Positions 27,904-37,029 of a stretch of DNA of 64,000 nt are shown in pieces. Where the stretch lies: positions 12,384 through 76,383 of IMG/VR virus record IMGVR_UViG_3300036790_000366, one strand, 5' to 3'. Both the position numbers and the translations under genes were made by a program. Source of the DNA: a virus. The notes under the pieces are model-generated. The model was not told the DNA's origin and ran no database searches. It saw nothing but the letters and a program-made list of their open reading frames with translations. Numbering within the stretch: the first letter of the stretch is position 1; the number at the start of each line of letters is the position of its first letter.

Positions 27904-28299
27904 CTAGTTCGGCGTCTTGTTCGTCTTCTGCTTGGTCAGCTTCTCCCGCGGCGCCTTCAGTTTCGGCATCTTCGGCTGCTTCGGAGTCGGAACCCGAGTG
28001 GCAACCGTGCTGGTCGTACCCTTCTTCGCACTACCAGAACTGCCGGAAGAAGACTTCTTGCCGAGGTTCGGCAGGCCTAGATTCGGCAGGCCTAGATTCG
28101 GAAAGTTCCGGTTCCGGAGAAGGTTCCCCTTGCCTTTACCAGAGTCGCTCTTCTTCTTGTCTTCCGGCTTCGTCTCCCCCGGCTTCTTTTCCCCCTCGCC
28201 GACGCGCTTGGGTTCCTTGGCGCCTTCCTTGTCCTCCCGCACGCGGCTGCCGGAAGCCGTCAGACCGCCGTTGCCGCCCTTCGAGCCCTGCCCCATCAC
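27904..28299 (-). CDS. Very basic Lys/Gly-rich disordered protein with PNLG(L) x3
   Basis: 131 aa starting (M)MGQGSKGGNGG; 15-bp tandem repeat at 28067-28101. Confidence 0.65.
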   Translation of the reverse strand: MMGQGSKGGNGGLTASGSRVREDKEGAKEPKRVGEGEKKPGETKPEDKKKSDSGKGKGNLLRNRNFPNLGLPNLGLPNLGKKSSSGSSGSAKKGTTSTVATRVPTPKQPKMPKLKAPREKLTKQKTNKTPN

Positions 28300-28421
28300 T
28301 GACCCCCGCTCTTCTTCTGCACGGGCTTGGGAACGCGCTTCACGGCCGTCTGCGCCTTGCGCGCCCGCTTCCCCTTGGTGCCAGCCGCAGCGCGGCGGGC
28401 CGATCGAGCGTTAGTCCCCAT
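28296..28421 (-). CDS. Small basic peptide, 41 aa (not in ORF track)
   Basis: MGTNARSARRAAAGTKGKRARKAQTAVKRVPKPVQKKSGGQ; overlaps both neighbours at start and stop. Confidence 0.55.
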   Translation of the reverse strand: MGTNARSARRAAAGTKGKRARKAQTAVKRVPKPVQKKSGGQ

Positions 28422-29724
28422 CCTCTTCGAATCCTCTCGTCCGCTTCTTGGAGCGAGTCTGCCGCTGCCCCTTCACCGTGGTCCCGGAGTCCAGAAGTTC
28501 TCTGCGCCGGTTGGTCCGAGTCTCCACCCGCACGACTTCCGCGTCCAGACCGGCACGCTTCACCACTTCGTCCGCGTCGGTGTGCCCGTAGACGAGGATC
28601 TGGCCGAAACCTATTTTCTCTTCCGCCTTCTTCAGCAACCGGGCGGTGGTGCGGATCCTGTCCTGGTCCCCGCGGATCGTCTGGATCTGCGTGGCCACCA
28701 GCGGTGCGCCCTCCGGAATGCATTCCAGGCACAGTTCCAGGGCCTCGTCGCTGCCGCCGTACTGGATGTCCGGGATGACCAGGAACCCGGCTTCCTGCCA
28801 GTACCTCGCCACGTACGCGCTGCGGTAGGCGGACCAGATCCACAGAGCAGGGGGCCAGCCCTGGTTCACAGAATAGTTCGGCATGATGCAGGTGGTGATC
28901 CCGCAGTTCATTATCTTCTTGGTGTTCTCCGCGGGGTCGGTGTACAGACCTTCGAAGTGGAAGTCCTCCGTGTACAGGCTGAGGATGGCGCGCTCGAACG
29001 GAATCCCGCGGTTGCCCGTGTGCCACTGGGAAACCCACCACTGATCCTTGTCGGGGACCCGGTCGCCGTCGATCTCGACACCGCCCCACATGTCCAGCTT
29101 CTCCGGCAGCCGGTCCGGAATCCGGTCGAGGCGAAGTTCCGGGATGCCGTAGTTCTTGTCCGACTCGAACAGCACATAGCGGCTCAGGTCTTCGACGCCG
29201 TCCAGGTCGGACGGAGCTTCTTCGATGGAGTCGATGGAGTCGATCGGGTTCCTGTTCATCTCCACCAGGAGTTTGCCCAGGACGTCATCGCTGTACGTGG
29301 TGCCGATCAGATGGCCGGTCTGCTTCTTCTGGTCCTCCAGAAGCTGGGCGAGAAGACCCGGGTCGTAGGTGGCGTCGTCGGTGGAACCGTTGTCGGCCAG
29401 CACGATGCGGCGGGCGTGGTCGTCGTCCACGTCCACCCATGCCACTTTTATCTTCTTCCAGCCCAGGGACTTGGCCGCCTTGGCGGTGTGGTTACCGGCC
29501 AGTATCTCGTTCTCCCGGCCGGTCTTCGTTCCGCGGTTCACCACGATCGGCTTGAACTGGCTGTTGGACCGCAGGCTCTCGGCGACCTTTTCCAGGTTCC
29601 CCACCCGCGGGTTCTGGTGGTAGTACTTCAGCCCGCGGAGCTGCACCTCTTCGTAGTCCAGTTCCAGCGGGCCGGTGTCGCAGGGCGATTCAGACACGCT
29701 CTTCTTCAACTTTTTTACGGCCAC
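28411..29724 (-). CDS. ParB-N / DUF4417 fusion protein
   Basis: ParB 'NPRVGN...PIVVN...ILAGNHT.KAA...LADN'; DUF4417 'DFHFEGL...PNYSV...W..YRS...ARYWQ..G..VIP'. Confidence 0.75.
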   Translation of the reverse strand: MAVKKLKKSVSESPCDTGPLELDYEEVQLRGLKYYHQNPRVGNLEKVAESLRSNSQFKPIVVNRGTKTGRENEILAGNHTAKAAKSLGWKKIKVAWVDVDDDHARRIVLADNGSTDDATYDPGLLAQLLEDQKKQTGHLIGTTYSDDVLGKLLVEMNRNPIDSIDSIEEAPSDLDGVEDLSRYVLFESDKNYGIPELRLDRIPDRLPEKLDMWGGVEIDGDRVPDKDQWWVSQWHTGNRGIPFERAILSLYTEDFHFEGLYTDPAENTKKIMNCGITTCIMPNYSVNQGWPPALWIWSAYRSAYVARYWQEAGFLVIPDIQYGGSDEALELCLECIPEGAPLVATQIQTIRGDQDRIRTTARLLKKAEEKIGFGQILVYGHTDADEVVKRAGLDAEVVRVETRTNRRRELLDSGTTVKGQRQTRSKKRTRGFEEDGD

Positions 29725-30208
29725 GGATTCTCCTCGACAACAGTCGCTCGTACATGACGCCGTACCGGTTCAGGCATACGGCGTCGATCAGGTCTTGGTC
29801 CCCCTCTGCCAGATGATAGGCCTCGGGGCAGTTCTTCTCCACCCACTCCGCAATTTCCGGCTTCTTGGCGTTCCCCTTCCCGACGACCTGCTTCTTCCAG
29901 GTTCCGACGTTCACCAGTTTCAACGGCACGGCAAGGTTCTGCGCGGCAGCCATCACCGCACCGCCCACCTGGGCCTGCACGATGGTGGAGTGCACGCCGC
30001 CGACACCGACCAGTGGGGCTTCCAGGTAGACCGCCACCGGTCCTTCAGCGAACTTCAGAAACGAAAAAGCCTCCCTGTAGGCCGCACCCGTCGCCGAGTA
30101 CAACCCACCAGGGAGGTCTATTACATGAAGTTCTGAGTAGAAGCCGTTTCCGGAACAGCACAGTGCGAGCTTCTTGGAGCTGGGGTCGATGCCGATGACT
30201 GATCTCAT
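29690..30208 (-). CDS. ruvC: RuvC-like Holliday junction resolvase
   Basis: 'IGIDP', 'YLEAP', 'TWKKQVVGKGNAKK', 'DLIDAVC'. Confidence 0.85.
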   Translation of the reverse strand: MRSVIGIDPSSKKLALCCSGNGFYSELHVIDLPGGLYSATGAAYREAFSFLKFAEGPVAVYLEAPLVGVGGVHSTIVQAQVGGAVMAAAQNLAVPLKLVNVGTWKKQVVGKGNAKKPEIAEWVEKNCPEAYHLAEGDQDLIDAVCLNRYGVMYERLLSRRIRGRKKVEEERV

Positions 30209-30220
30209 CCGACCAGGGTA

Positions 30221-31102
30221 TCAGCGTTTCATCCACTGAGCTCCATACTTATTTTGCAGCATGGCTTCTTGGACCTGGTCCGTTATGGACTTGGTGTCGA
30301 TGTGAATTTGTACAGTAGGGGTGCTTGTCGCTGGGGTGCCAAGGGGAATGAAGGTCGTGGCTGCGATGGGAGTGCCGGGCGTACTTTCCACCTCCGGACT
30401 TTTCAGCGTCATGCTGAAGTTGGTTATATCTACAGAGCGCTCCTCCTTCGGATTGAGCCGCGCCTTCTTCTTGCAGCCGGGAGTCAGGCACTTCCAGTAC
30501 TCGTCGTCGTGCAGCTTGTCCGTCACGTGCGCCATCTGGCCGCCGTGGACCGGGCACTCCAGCACGAACGGCTTGGTGTATTGGGCCACCTTCGGTTCCT
30601 CCTTCTCCAGATCCACGTAACCGAGGCTCTTCTTCTGCTCGTCAATCTCCTTCTTGCAATCGGACAGCTTCGTACCCCGTATCCCCATGTTCAGAGACAC
30701 CTTCGAGGCGCCGTAGTCGTCGTGTCTGATGAAGAGCTCGCCTATCTCAGTACCGTTGACGTAACTCGTGCTGACTGTCAGGTCGAACGGCTTGGCGTAT
30801 TCGCACAGCTCGGCACGCATGTCAGGAGTCAGACTGCTGAGCCCTTCCGGGTGCAGGCGCAGCATCTCCTTCTTCATGTCCGCGACAGCTGCCTTCAGGA
30901 CTTCGCCCGGCTGCCTGGCGTCATCGACCAGTTCTCTGCCGAGCGTCCTCGACACGGAGTCTCCGTTGGTCGGATGCTCCAGGAGCAGCTGATAGCTCAT
31001 AATAGCTTCGCTCGTGATTATGTTCAGCCGGTACGGCTTCGCGAAGGCGATGAGTTCGTTCTGCCGCCGCATGTTACTTGTGTACTCGCTTGTGCTCACC
31101 AC
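30221..31102 (-). CDS. Hypothetical protein with C-terminal Zn ribbon
   Basis: CPVH...C...C motif; start chosen at the GTG after an RBS to avoid a long overlap. Confidence 0.55.
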   Translation of the reverse strand: MVSTSEYTSNMRRQNELIAFAKPYRLNIITSEAIMSYQLLLEHPTNGDSVSRTLGRELVDDARQPGEVLKAAVADMKKEMLRLHPEGLSSLTPDMRAELCEYAKPFDLTVSTSYVNGTEIGELFIRHDDYGASKVSLNMGIRGTKLSDCKKEIDEQKKSLGYVDLEKEEPKVAQYTKPFVLECPVHGGQMAHVTDKLHDDEYWKCLTPGCKKKARLNPKEERSVDITNFSMTLKSPEVESTPGTPIAATTFIPLGTPATSTPTVQIHIDTKSITDQVQEAMLQNKYGAQWMKR

Positions 31103-31154
31103 GTCCTTCACCTCTTTCCTGATGGCGTCCTTTATCTGCCTGTCGATCCGCTCC

Positions 31155-31571
31155 TCAGCGCGCAGATTCTCGTCCGAGTCTTGCTTGCTCGACTTCGACA
31201 GTGCGTGCTGTAAGCCGTCGCGAACCGAGCTGAGCAGCTGCTCTCGCCAGTTCCCGGAAGGTACGTAGCTCTCCGGTACGGAACTTGGCATAGTCCGATC
31301 CTCTTTTGACCGTCCCATCCGCCTCTCCTCTCTGGATGAGCGCCGTCATCTCGCTGGCACGTGCGTAGTACTGGTCCGCGACTTCTTGGAGGGCATGCGT
31401 ACCGGTGACGGGAGATATCAGCCTACCCATGAGCACATCCATGTACCCGTCCAGTTCTCTACGGAGTTCGGCCACGGGCCCCAGCCCGAAGTCCACCGGA
31501 ACGGCGCGGAGGACTGCGTTCGTGTAGCCGCGCTCCTGGCTCTTGTGCTGCATCGGTGGGAGCTTCTTCAT
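31155..31571 (-). CDS. Helical protein, possible recombination mediator
   Basis: 138 aa all-helical, coupled to the exonuclease gene; function is inferred. Confidence 0.5.
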   Translation of the reverse strand: MKKLPPMQHKSQERGYTNAVLRAVPVDFGLGPVAELRRELDGYMDVLMGRLISPVTGTHALQEVADQYYARASEMTALIQRGEADGTVKRGSDYAKFRTGELRTFRELARAAAQLGSRRLTARTVEVEQARLGRESAR

Positions 31572-32419
31572 CTGGTCCTCGCTGGCCACGAGCCGGAGTT
31601 GACGCACGCCCCGCCGGGAGTTCCGAACGGGCACTTGTAGAACTCACCGGACTTGTTCTGCTTCACGCACTCGGCCAGCATCGGGTGCAGCACCTGCCTG
31701 TCCACCGCGCGGTTCAGCGCCTTCAGTTCTTTCCGGGCCTCCGAGATCCTGGACTCGTCCCGTTCCAGAACAAACTCGCTGATCTCCTGCGTGTCCTTGT
31801 TTTCATTTGTCACCGCCGCCAGGTCGAAACCAGTCAGCAGAAGCTGCATGTCGGTCTGCTTCCGCGTCTTCTCGTCCGGAACCCCTGCGCGGTCCTGCTT
31901 GCTCCACACGAAGGACATGCGGCCCTTGTGCTCCCAGACGAAGTCGGCGCCGTCCCAGCGGCCTCCCAGGGCCTTCCCGAGGCCGTCCAGGTTCGCCCGC
32001 GCCCGCAGCTTGGAGGACGTCACCTTGTACTCGATGTCGTCGATTATTTCCGCCCCGAGCAGACCGATCTGCCAGCGCAGGTGCACGAAGGTTCCGTTGT
32101 TGAATATCCGGATCCCGCGGGGGTCCGCAACCTGATTCTGCTGCTGCCCGGTGAAGGCGAGTTCCTGCCGACGCAGGCAGTACCCGGCGGAACTCGCGGA
32201 GAAGGATCGCGACCGGTCTCTGGGCTTGTGCGTGAGCTCCGCCATCACCCGCAGGAACATGATCCGGTCCATCAGGACGTCCGGGTTGTGCAGCAGGTAT
32301 TTCTCGTACCGCGGGGTGATGATGAGGTTCTCGTCCACCGGCTGCGACCCGTCATACTTCTTCGGGACGGTGGGGTAGACCACGGGATGGTAGCCCTTGA
32401 GGACCGGTGCGACGCGCAT
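31568..32419 (-). CDS. Cas4 / RecB-family PD-(D/E)XK exonuclease
   Basis: 'SASSAGYCLRR', 'GTFVH', 'LDG...EHK', C-terminal C..CP...C Fe-S staple. Confidence 0.8.
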   Translation of the reverse strand: MRVAPVLKGYHPVVYPTVPKKYDGSQPVDENLIITPRYEKYLLHNPDVLMDRIMFLRVMAELTHKPRDRSRSFSASSAGYCLRRQELAFTGQQQNQVADPRGIRIFNNGTFVHLRWQIGLLGAEIIDDIEYKVTSSKLRARANLDGLGKALGGRWDGADFVWEHKGRMSFVWSKQDRAGVPDEKTRKQTDMQLLLTGFDLAAVTNENKDTQEISEFVLERDESRISEARKELKALNRAVDRQVLHPMLAECVKQNKSGEFYKCPFGTPGGACVNSGSWPARTR

Positions 32420-32622
32420 CAGAAAGGCACCTTCGTGTAGGCGCCGTACTTGTCGCGGTACTCCCGCGCCACCCGTACGGCTTCCTTCTTGGATTCGTAT
32501 CCGGACTTGGACGTCTTTCCCGCGATGCCCCGGCTGTCCATGTCGCAGACGAACCAGCAACCGCAGTAAACGTACGCCGCCCGGGCGCGGCTCACCCCGC
32601 GGCTCACGTAGAAGCGAACCAC
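32419..32622 (-). CDS. Small hypothetical protein
   Basis: GTG start with RBS, 67 aa. Confidence 0.45.
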   Translation of the reverse strand: MVRFYVSRGVSRARAAYVYCGCWFVCDMDSRGIAGKTSKSGYESKKEAVRVAREYRDKYGAYTKVPF

Positions 32623-32647
32623 CTTCCGCGCTCCGGAGCGGTAGGCC

Positions 32648-32893
32648 TTATAGGCCTTGGGCCCCTGCGTCGTCTTCGGGTACTTCGGAGCCGAAGTACT
32701 TTCTGAGAAGCCAGAGCGAGTAGTGGAACGAACTGCCCCAGTGGATGACGGAACAGCCGAGCGCTTCACAGTCGTGGAGGCCGACGCGTTCGACTTCCCC
32801 CGAGTCCGCGCGGGTGGGGTCGGCCGTGTAGCTGAACTTCCCGCCCGCGCTGTACCAATGCGTCGATTGCTGAGGGACATGTTCAAACTCCAT
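32648..32893 (-). CDS. Small hypothetical protein
   Basis: 81 aa, packed in the operon. Confidence 0.5.
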   Translation of the reverse strand: MEFEHVPQQSTHWYSAGGKFSYTADPTRADSGEVERVGLHDCEALGCSVIHWGSSFHYSLWLLRKYFGSEVPEDDAGAQGL

Positions 32894-33299
32894 CGTCAGG
32901 CCTGTCCGGGGGAAGGATCCTGCACTCCAGCCTCAGCCCCGGGAAGACGACGACAAGGACGCCTTGCTTGCCCTTGGCCGCAGCTTCTTTACGGAGACGG
33001 CGGAGGTAGGCGATGTCAAGACGGAAGGACTTGAGGGCGTCTTTGATCTCGATGACTTCGAAGTCGTTACTTCCGTCGAACTTCTCGTGTCCCGCACCGG
33101 AGTTGCTGTGCGCCCGCGCGCCGTAGAGGGGGAGGATGCGCTTTTCCGTTTTCCGTCCCTCTTCTTGGCGGCTGGGGCGCTTCCAGCCGCTTCTACTCCG
33201 TCCACCGTTCCCGCCAGCATCTCCTTCAGCTTCTCCAGCGGAACGTGCCCACGGAACAGTTCGGGGACCATTCTCTTGCTGTCGTCCGGATGCCACCAC
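32883..33299 (-). CDS. PD-(D/E)XK (Hjc-like) endonuclease overlapping the recA 3' end; start uncertain
   Basis: 'GRKTEKR...YGARAHSNSGAG..KFDG...IEIK' in the -1 frame relative to RecA. Confidence 0.6.
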   Translation of the reverse strand: MVASGRQQENGPRTVPWARSAGEAEGDAGGNGGRSRSGWKRPSRQEEGRKTEKRILPLYGARAHSNSGAGHEKFDGSNDFEVIEIKDALKSFRLDIAYLRRLRKEAAAKGKQGVLVVVFPGLRLECRILPPDRPDDGV

Positions 33300-34210
33300 T
33301 TGCCCCTCTCGTAGCCGAGAAGACCGTTGTCGAGTGCTTGGTTGGCCAGGTACGACCAGTCGTCGATCTGGCCCTTCTCCAAGTCGTAGACGAAGTTCGT
33401 CTCCCGGTGCGGCTTGTTCAGCTTGGACTTCTTCACGTCCACCCTGATCCGCATGCCGACGACCTTCTTTATCTTCTTCTTGACCGGACGCCCGTCCTCC
33501 CCGGTTATCCAGACCTCCGTGTCCTCCTTCGCCTTGCCCGCGTGGTACAGGCCGATGATGTAGGAGCAGTAGAACTGGAGCGCACGACCGGCGGGAACTG
33601 ATTCCTGGCTGCCGAACATGATGTTCGGGTTGGTCCGCGTCTGGTTTATCCAGAGGACCCCGGTGTTCTGGCGCATGGAAGCCGTCAGCTTCCGCATGGC
33701 CTTGGACATCATGTCGGCCTGCCGGGCGAGCTGCTTGGCGTCCCCCATGGACTTGCTGTACTCCGCGCTGGGGAGGAGCGCTGCCACGGAGTCCACCACG
33801 ATCAGGTCCACCCCTCCGCGGATGAGGGACTCCATCAAGTCGATGGCCTTCTCGCCAGTTTCCATCTTGTGCTTCGGCGGCATGATCAGATTCAGCGTGT
33901 CCACGCCGAGGTTCTTGGCCCACGCGGAGTCGAAGGACTTCTCCGTGTCCAGCAGTGCGGTCAGCTTCCCGTGTCTCTGAGCCGAGGCGATCAGGCACAA
34001 CCCGATATAACTTTTCAGCGTGCTGAAGTCACCGTGGATCATCACGTGCCGACCGAGCGGGAAACCTCCCTGCCAGATCTCGTCCATCGGGGCGAGCCCG
34101 GTCGGGATCGTCAGGATTTTGAAGTCGTCGTCGCTGGCCAACTTCACCGTTCCGGCACCGAGCTGCTGGTTTACCAGGTCCAGAACTTCCTGCGTGCGCG
34201 CACTCGTCAC
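32933..34210 (-). CDS. recA: RecA-like recombinase
   Basis: 'IPTG..PMD...GGFPLGR', 'DTEKSFD..WA..LGVD', 'IVVDSVAAL', 'INQTR', 'GRALQFY'. Confidence 0.92.
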   Translation of the reverse strand: MTSARTQEVLDLVNQQLGAGTVKLASDDDFKILTIPTGLAPMDEIWQGGFPLGRHVMIHGDFSTLKSYIGLCLIASAQRHGKLTALLDTEKSFDSAWAKNLGVDTLNLIMPPKHKMETGEKAIDLMESLIRGGVDLIVVDSVAALLPSAEYSKSMGDAKQLARQADMMSKAMRKLTASMRQNTGVLWINQTRTNPNIMFGSQESVPAGRALQFYCSYIIGLYHAGKAKEDTEVWITGEDGRPVKKKIKKVVGMRIRVDVKKSKLNKPHRETNFVYDLEKGQIDDWSYLANQALDNGLLGYERGKWWHPDDSKRMVPELFRGHVPLEKLKEMLAGTVDGVEAAGSAPAAKKRDGKRKSASSPSTARGRTATPVRDTRSSTEVTTSKSSRSKTPSSPSVLTSPTSAVSVKKLRPRASKASLSSSSRG

Positions 34211-34213
34211 TCG

Positions 34214-36952
34214 TCATGCCTCCAAGCTCTCCAGCGCCCCGGCTTCCTTGAGCGCCTTCATGGTGCCGATCCAGCCGCCGAGAGGCGTGCCGTCGCGCTT
34301 AGTCTTCCCGCGCAAGAGGTCCAAGTACTGGTTCCGGCCGCTCAGGATGCCCGCAGGCAGGCTCTCGGCCAGCTCCTCGATACTACTCCACCCGCCGTCC
34401 GGCCGGGCCGCCAGAATGCCCGCAGCGCGGTCCGGGGAGATCCCCTTGATGCTGGCCAGCCCCTTGGTGATCGCCTTGCGGCTCACGGCCATCGTCCAGC
34501 GCACACCGGCGGTGTTGACGTCCGCGGGGAGGATCCGGATGCCGATGCGCCGGGTCTCCTTCACGTACATCAGCTCCTTATCCACCTTCCCCGTGTTCTT
34601 GCCCGCCACACTCTCCAGAGCGGCCGTCATGAACTCCAGCGGGTGGTGCGTCTTGAGGTAGGCACAGCGGTAGGACCGGACGCCGTAGCCGGTGGCGTGC
34701 GCCTGATTGAAGCCGTACTTCACATACCCCTCGATGTAGTGCCACGCGCCCTCTACGTCCGAGATTCCGTTCTTCTTGCAGATGCCGCGCCACTGCTGCT
34801 TGACCTCCTTCGCCCGTTGTAGGTTCCGGCCGGTCGCGCCCTTGCCGGAGTCCTTGACGATTTTGAAGAAGACGTTGATACCCGCGTAGTCCAGACCGAG
34901 GGCCCGCATGATCTGTAGTACCTGCTCCTGGAACAGGACGCACCCGTAAGTCGGTTTGAGAGCTTCCTCGAAAGCTCGGTGCGGGTACCGGAGATTCGCC
35001 CGTAGCGCCTTGTTCTTGCGACGTTCGAGGTATAGGTCCGTGACTCCGGAGTCCATGCACGCCGGGCGGAATAGGGACGCCGCAAGTATGCAGTCCAGTG
35101 TGCTTCGTATTCCCATAGCCTGCGCACCTTTCGCCATGGCATAGCCTTCAAACTGGAATACGGCATTGTGGGTCCTCCCTTCCGAGAGGCTGGTGCAGGT
35201 CGCCGGATCGTCCAGCGGTATCCAGGAGAAGTCTGCCTTGTCCTTGCGGCCCATGAGCTCTTGCGCTCGTGCCATGACCCACAGAGTACGCTGCCCGAGG
35301 ACGTCATCTTTCAGGAACCCCACTTTCTCCACGTCGTCCATCGTGTACTGGCTGACGATGGTGTCGCTGGACGGGACCAGCATGGTGGGGACATATTCTT
35401 CGAGCCTCAGGTGGGCGCCCGGCAGAAGAAGTCCCGAGGCGTGCACGCCGTGCGAGCGGAACGGGGTGGACTTCGCCAGCTTCCGCACGCCGTTGTAGTC
35501 CTTGGTGCTGATCTTCTTGATTTCCGCGATGGTGTCGATGCCCTTGCCGAACCGGGCGTTGAACGCGGCCGGTGTGAGCCGACTGCGCATGTACGCGTTG
35601 TAGGAGACCAGGATGGAACCCTTGCCGTCGTCGCGCTCCCCCAGCATGGAGTAGTTCCCGATGGCGATGGCGCCGTACTTGTGCTTGATGTACTCGACCA
35701 GTTCCCCGCGACGGATGTCCTCGATGTCGATGTCGATGTCCGGCGGCTTCTGCCTGTCGAGAGAAAGGAAACGCTCGAACGTCAGGCCCCACTGAACCGG
35801 GTCCACCTGCGTGATGCCGAGACAGAAGCAGACGAGGGAGGCGTTCGCAGAGCCGCGGGCCTCGATGACGATTTTCTTCCGATTGCAGAACTCGACAAGA
35901 TCGAGGACGTGCAGGAAGTAGTCGGCGTACCCGAGCTTGTTGATGATTCCCAGCTCGTAGAGAAGGCGGTCCCGGTACTTCCCTTCCTGGTTCCCGGAGG
36001 TATCGATGACCCGGTTCATACTCAGGCCGAGAAGACCCTTGTAGACCTTGTCCCGCAAGTCCTGCTTGGGGGTCTTTGACATCTTCGGGACGAAGGGGTT
36101 GTAGGAGTCCAGCGCTGGCATCTCCAGGTCGTGCAGGGACAGCACCAGCTCGTGCCCTTCCTCCGACCTCTCCCACTGCCTCTTGGTGTAGTGGGACTGC
36201 ACCCACTCCGTGGAGGCGAAGTGGTAGCTGTCCCCGGGGAACTCCGCCTCGTCCCCCTTCCGGAACACCATCTTCTTCATGGTGTTGTGCGCCGCCTTGT
36301 CTGACGGCTTCAGGTAGTGGCTGTCCTGCGTGGCCACCACGGGCAGCCCTACTTCGTCCGCGATCTGGACGAGGGCTTCCACGATGTCGTCGTCGGTCCA
36401 GCCGTCCGGGTGCGGCGTCTCGTGGTTCTGCACTTCCACGAAGGTGTTCGGGAACCACTGGGCGTACATCTCGGCTACCGCGCGAGCTTGGACAGGGCCT
36501 TTTGTAACCAGCGTCTGCTGAAGGAGTCCAAAATAACAGCCAGTGAGAAGGACCAGAGAGCCCACGGCCCCGCTGTCAGCCAGGGCTGCCAGGTCGGATA
36601 GATCATGCCGAGGAAAGCGATTGAAATGCGGACGGGTGTGAGACAGAGAACTGAAGCTGGCAAGGCTGCGGAAGCCAGACAGATCAGTAGCCAGTAGACC
36701 GAAGTGATGACGCGGCGCCTTGCCGTCGTTGACGTCCTCCACCAGGTATCCCTCAAAACCTGGAAAAACTTGAACACCTTGCTTCTTGCCTTCTGTGTAG
36801 AGCTGGACCGTTCCGGACATGCTCCCGTGGTCGGTGAGGGCCATGGCTGGCTGCCCCCACCCCTTCGCGTGCGCCACCATGTCCGCGACGGACTGTGTGG
36901 AGTCGACACAGGAGAACTTCGAGTGCGCGTGCAAGTGGGAGAAGTAAGTCAC
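34214..36952 (-). CDS. dnaE: DNA polymerase III alpha (DnaE-like)
   Basis: PHP 'HLHAHS' and 'ALTDHG'; 'RGSA..SLV', 'PDIDID', 'KDDVLG', 'YGFNQAHA'; no C-terminal OB region. Confidence 0.93.
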   Translation of the reverse strand: MTYFSHLHAHSKFSCVDSTQSVADMVAHAKGWGQPAMALTDHGSMSGTVQLYTEGKKQGVQVFPGFEGYLVEDVNDGKAPRHHFGLLATDLSGFRSLASFSSLSHTRPHFNRFPRHDLSDLAALADSGAVGSLVLLTGCYFGLLQQTLVTKGPVQARAVAEMYAQWFPNTFVEVQNHETPHPDGWTDDDIVEALVQIADEVGLPVVATQDSHYLKPSDKAAHNTMKKMVFRKGDEAEFPGDSYHFASTEWVQSHYTKRQWERSEEGHELVLSLHDLEMPALDSYNPFVPKMSKTPKQDLRDKVYKGLLGLSMNRVIDTSGNQEGKYRDRLLYELGIINKLGYADYFLHVLDLVEFCNRKKIVIEARGSANASLVCFCLGITQVDPVQWGLTFERFLSLDRQKPPDIDIDIEDIRRGELVEYIKHKYGAIAIGNYSMLGERDDGKGSILVSYNAYMRSRLTPAAFNARFGKGIDTIAEIKKISTKDYNGVRKLAKSTPFRSHGVHASGLLLPGAHLRLEEYVPTMLVPSSDTIVSQYTMDDVEKVGFLKDDVLGQRTLWVMARAQELMGRKDKADFSWIPLDDPATCTSLSEGRTHNAVFQFEGYAMAKGAQAMGIRSTLDCILAASLFRPACMDSGVTDLYLERRKNKALRANLRYPHRAFEEALKPTYGCVLFQEQVLQIMRALGLDYAGINVFFKIVKDSGKGATGRNLQRAKEVKQQWRGICKKNGISDVEGAWHYIEGYVKYGFNQAHATGYGVRSYRCAYLKTHHPLEFMTAALESVAGKNTGKVDKELMYVKETRRIGIRILPADVNTAGVRWTMAVSRKAITKGLASIKGISPDRAAGILAARPDGGWSSIEELAESLPAGILSGRNQYLDLLRGKTKRDGTPLGGWIGTMKALKEAGALESLEA

Positions 36953-36970
36953 CGTTCGCCTTCCGGTACG

Positions 36971-37015
36971 AGAAAGCCCCCTCCGCATCTGTGGAATACG
37001 AAGGGGGCGGCTTTC
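36971..37015 (-). terminator. Hairpin, probable terminator
   Basis: GAAAGCCCCCT...AGGGGGCGGCTTTC inverted repeat between genes. Confidence 0.4.
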
Positions 37016-37029
37016 AGGGACGGGACGGC

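Noticed and set aside
30221-31318. Long overlap between ORF 30221..31318 and 31155..31571
   Set aside because: A GTG with a good RBS at 31102 removes the overlap
31568-32419. Cas4 as evidence of a CRISPR system
   Set aside because: Solo Cas4/RecB-like nucleases are routine in phage recombination modules next to RecA
34214-36952. Intein or intron in DnaE, TerL or DnaB
   Set aside because: Lengths are normal or short and no splicing motifs are visible
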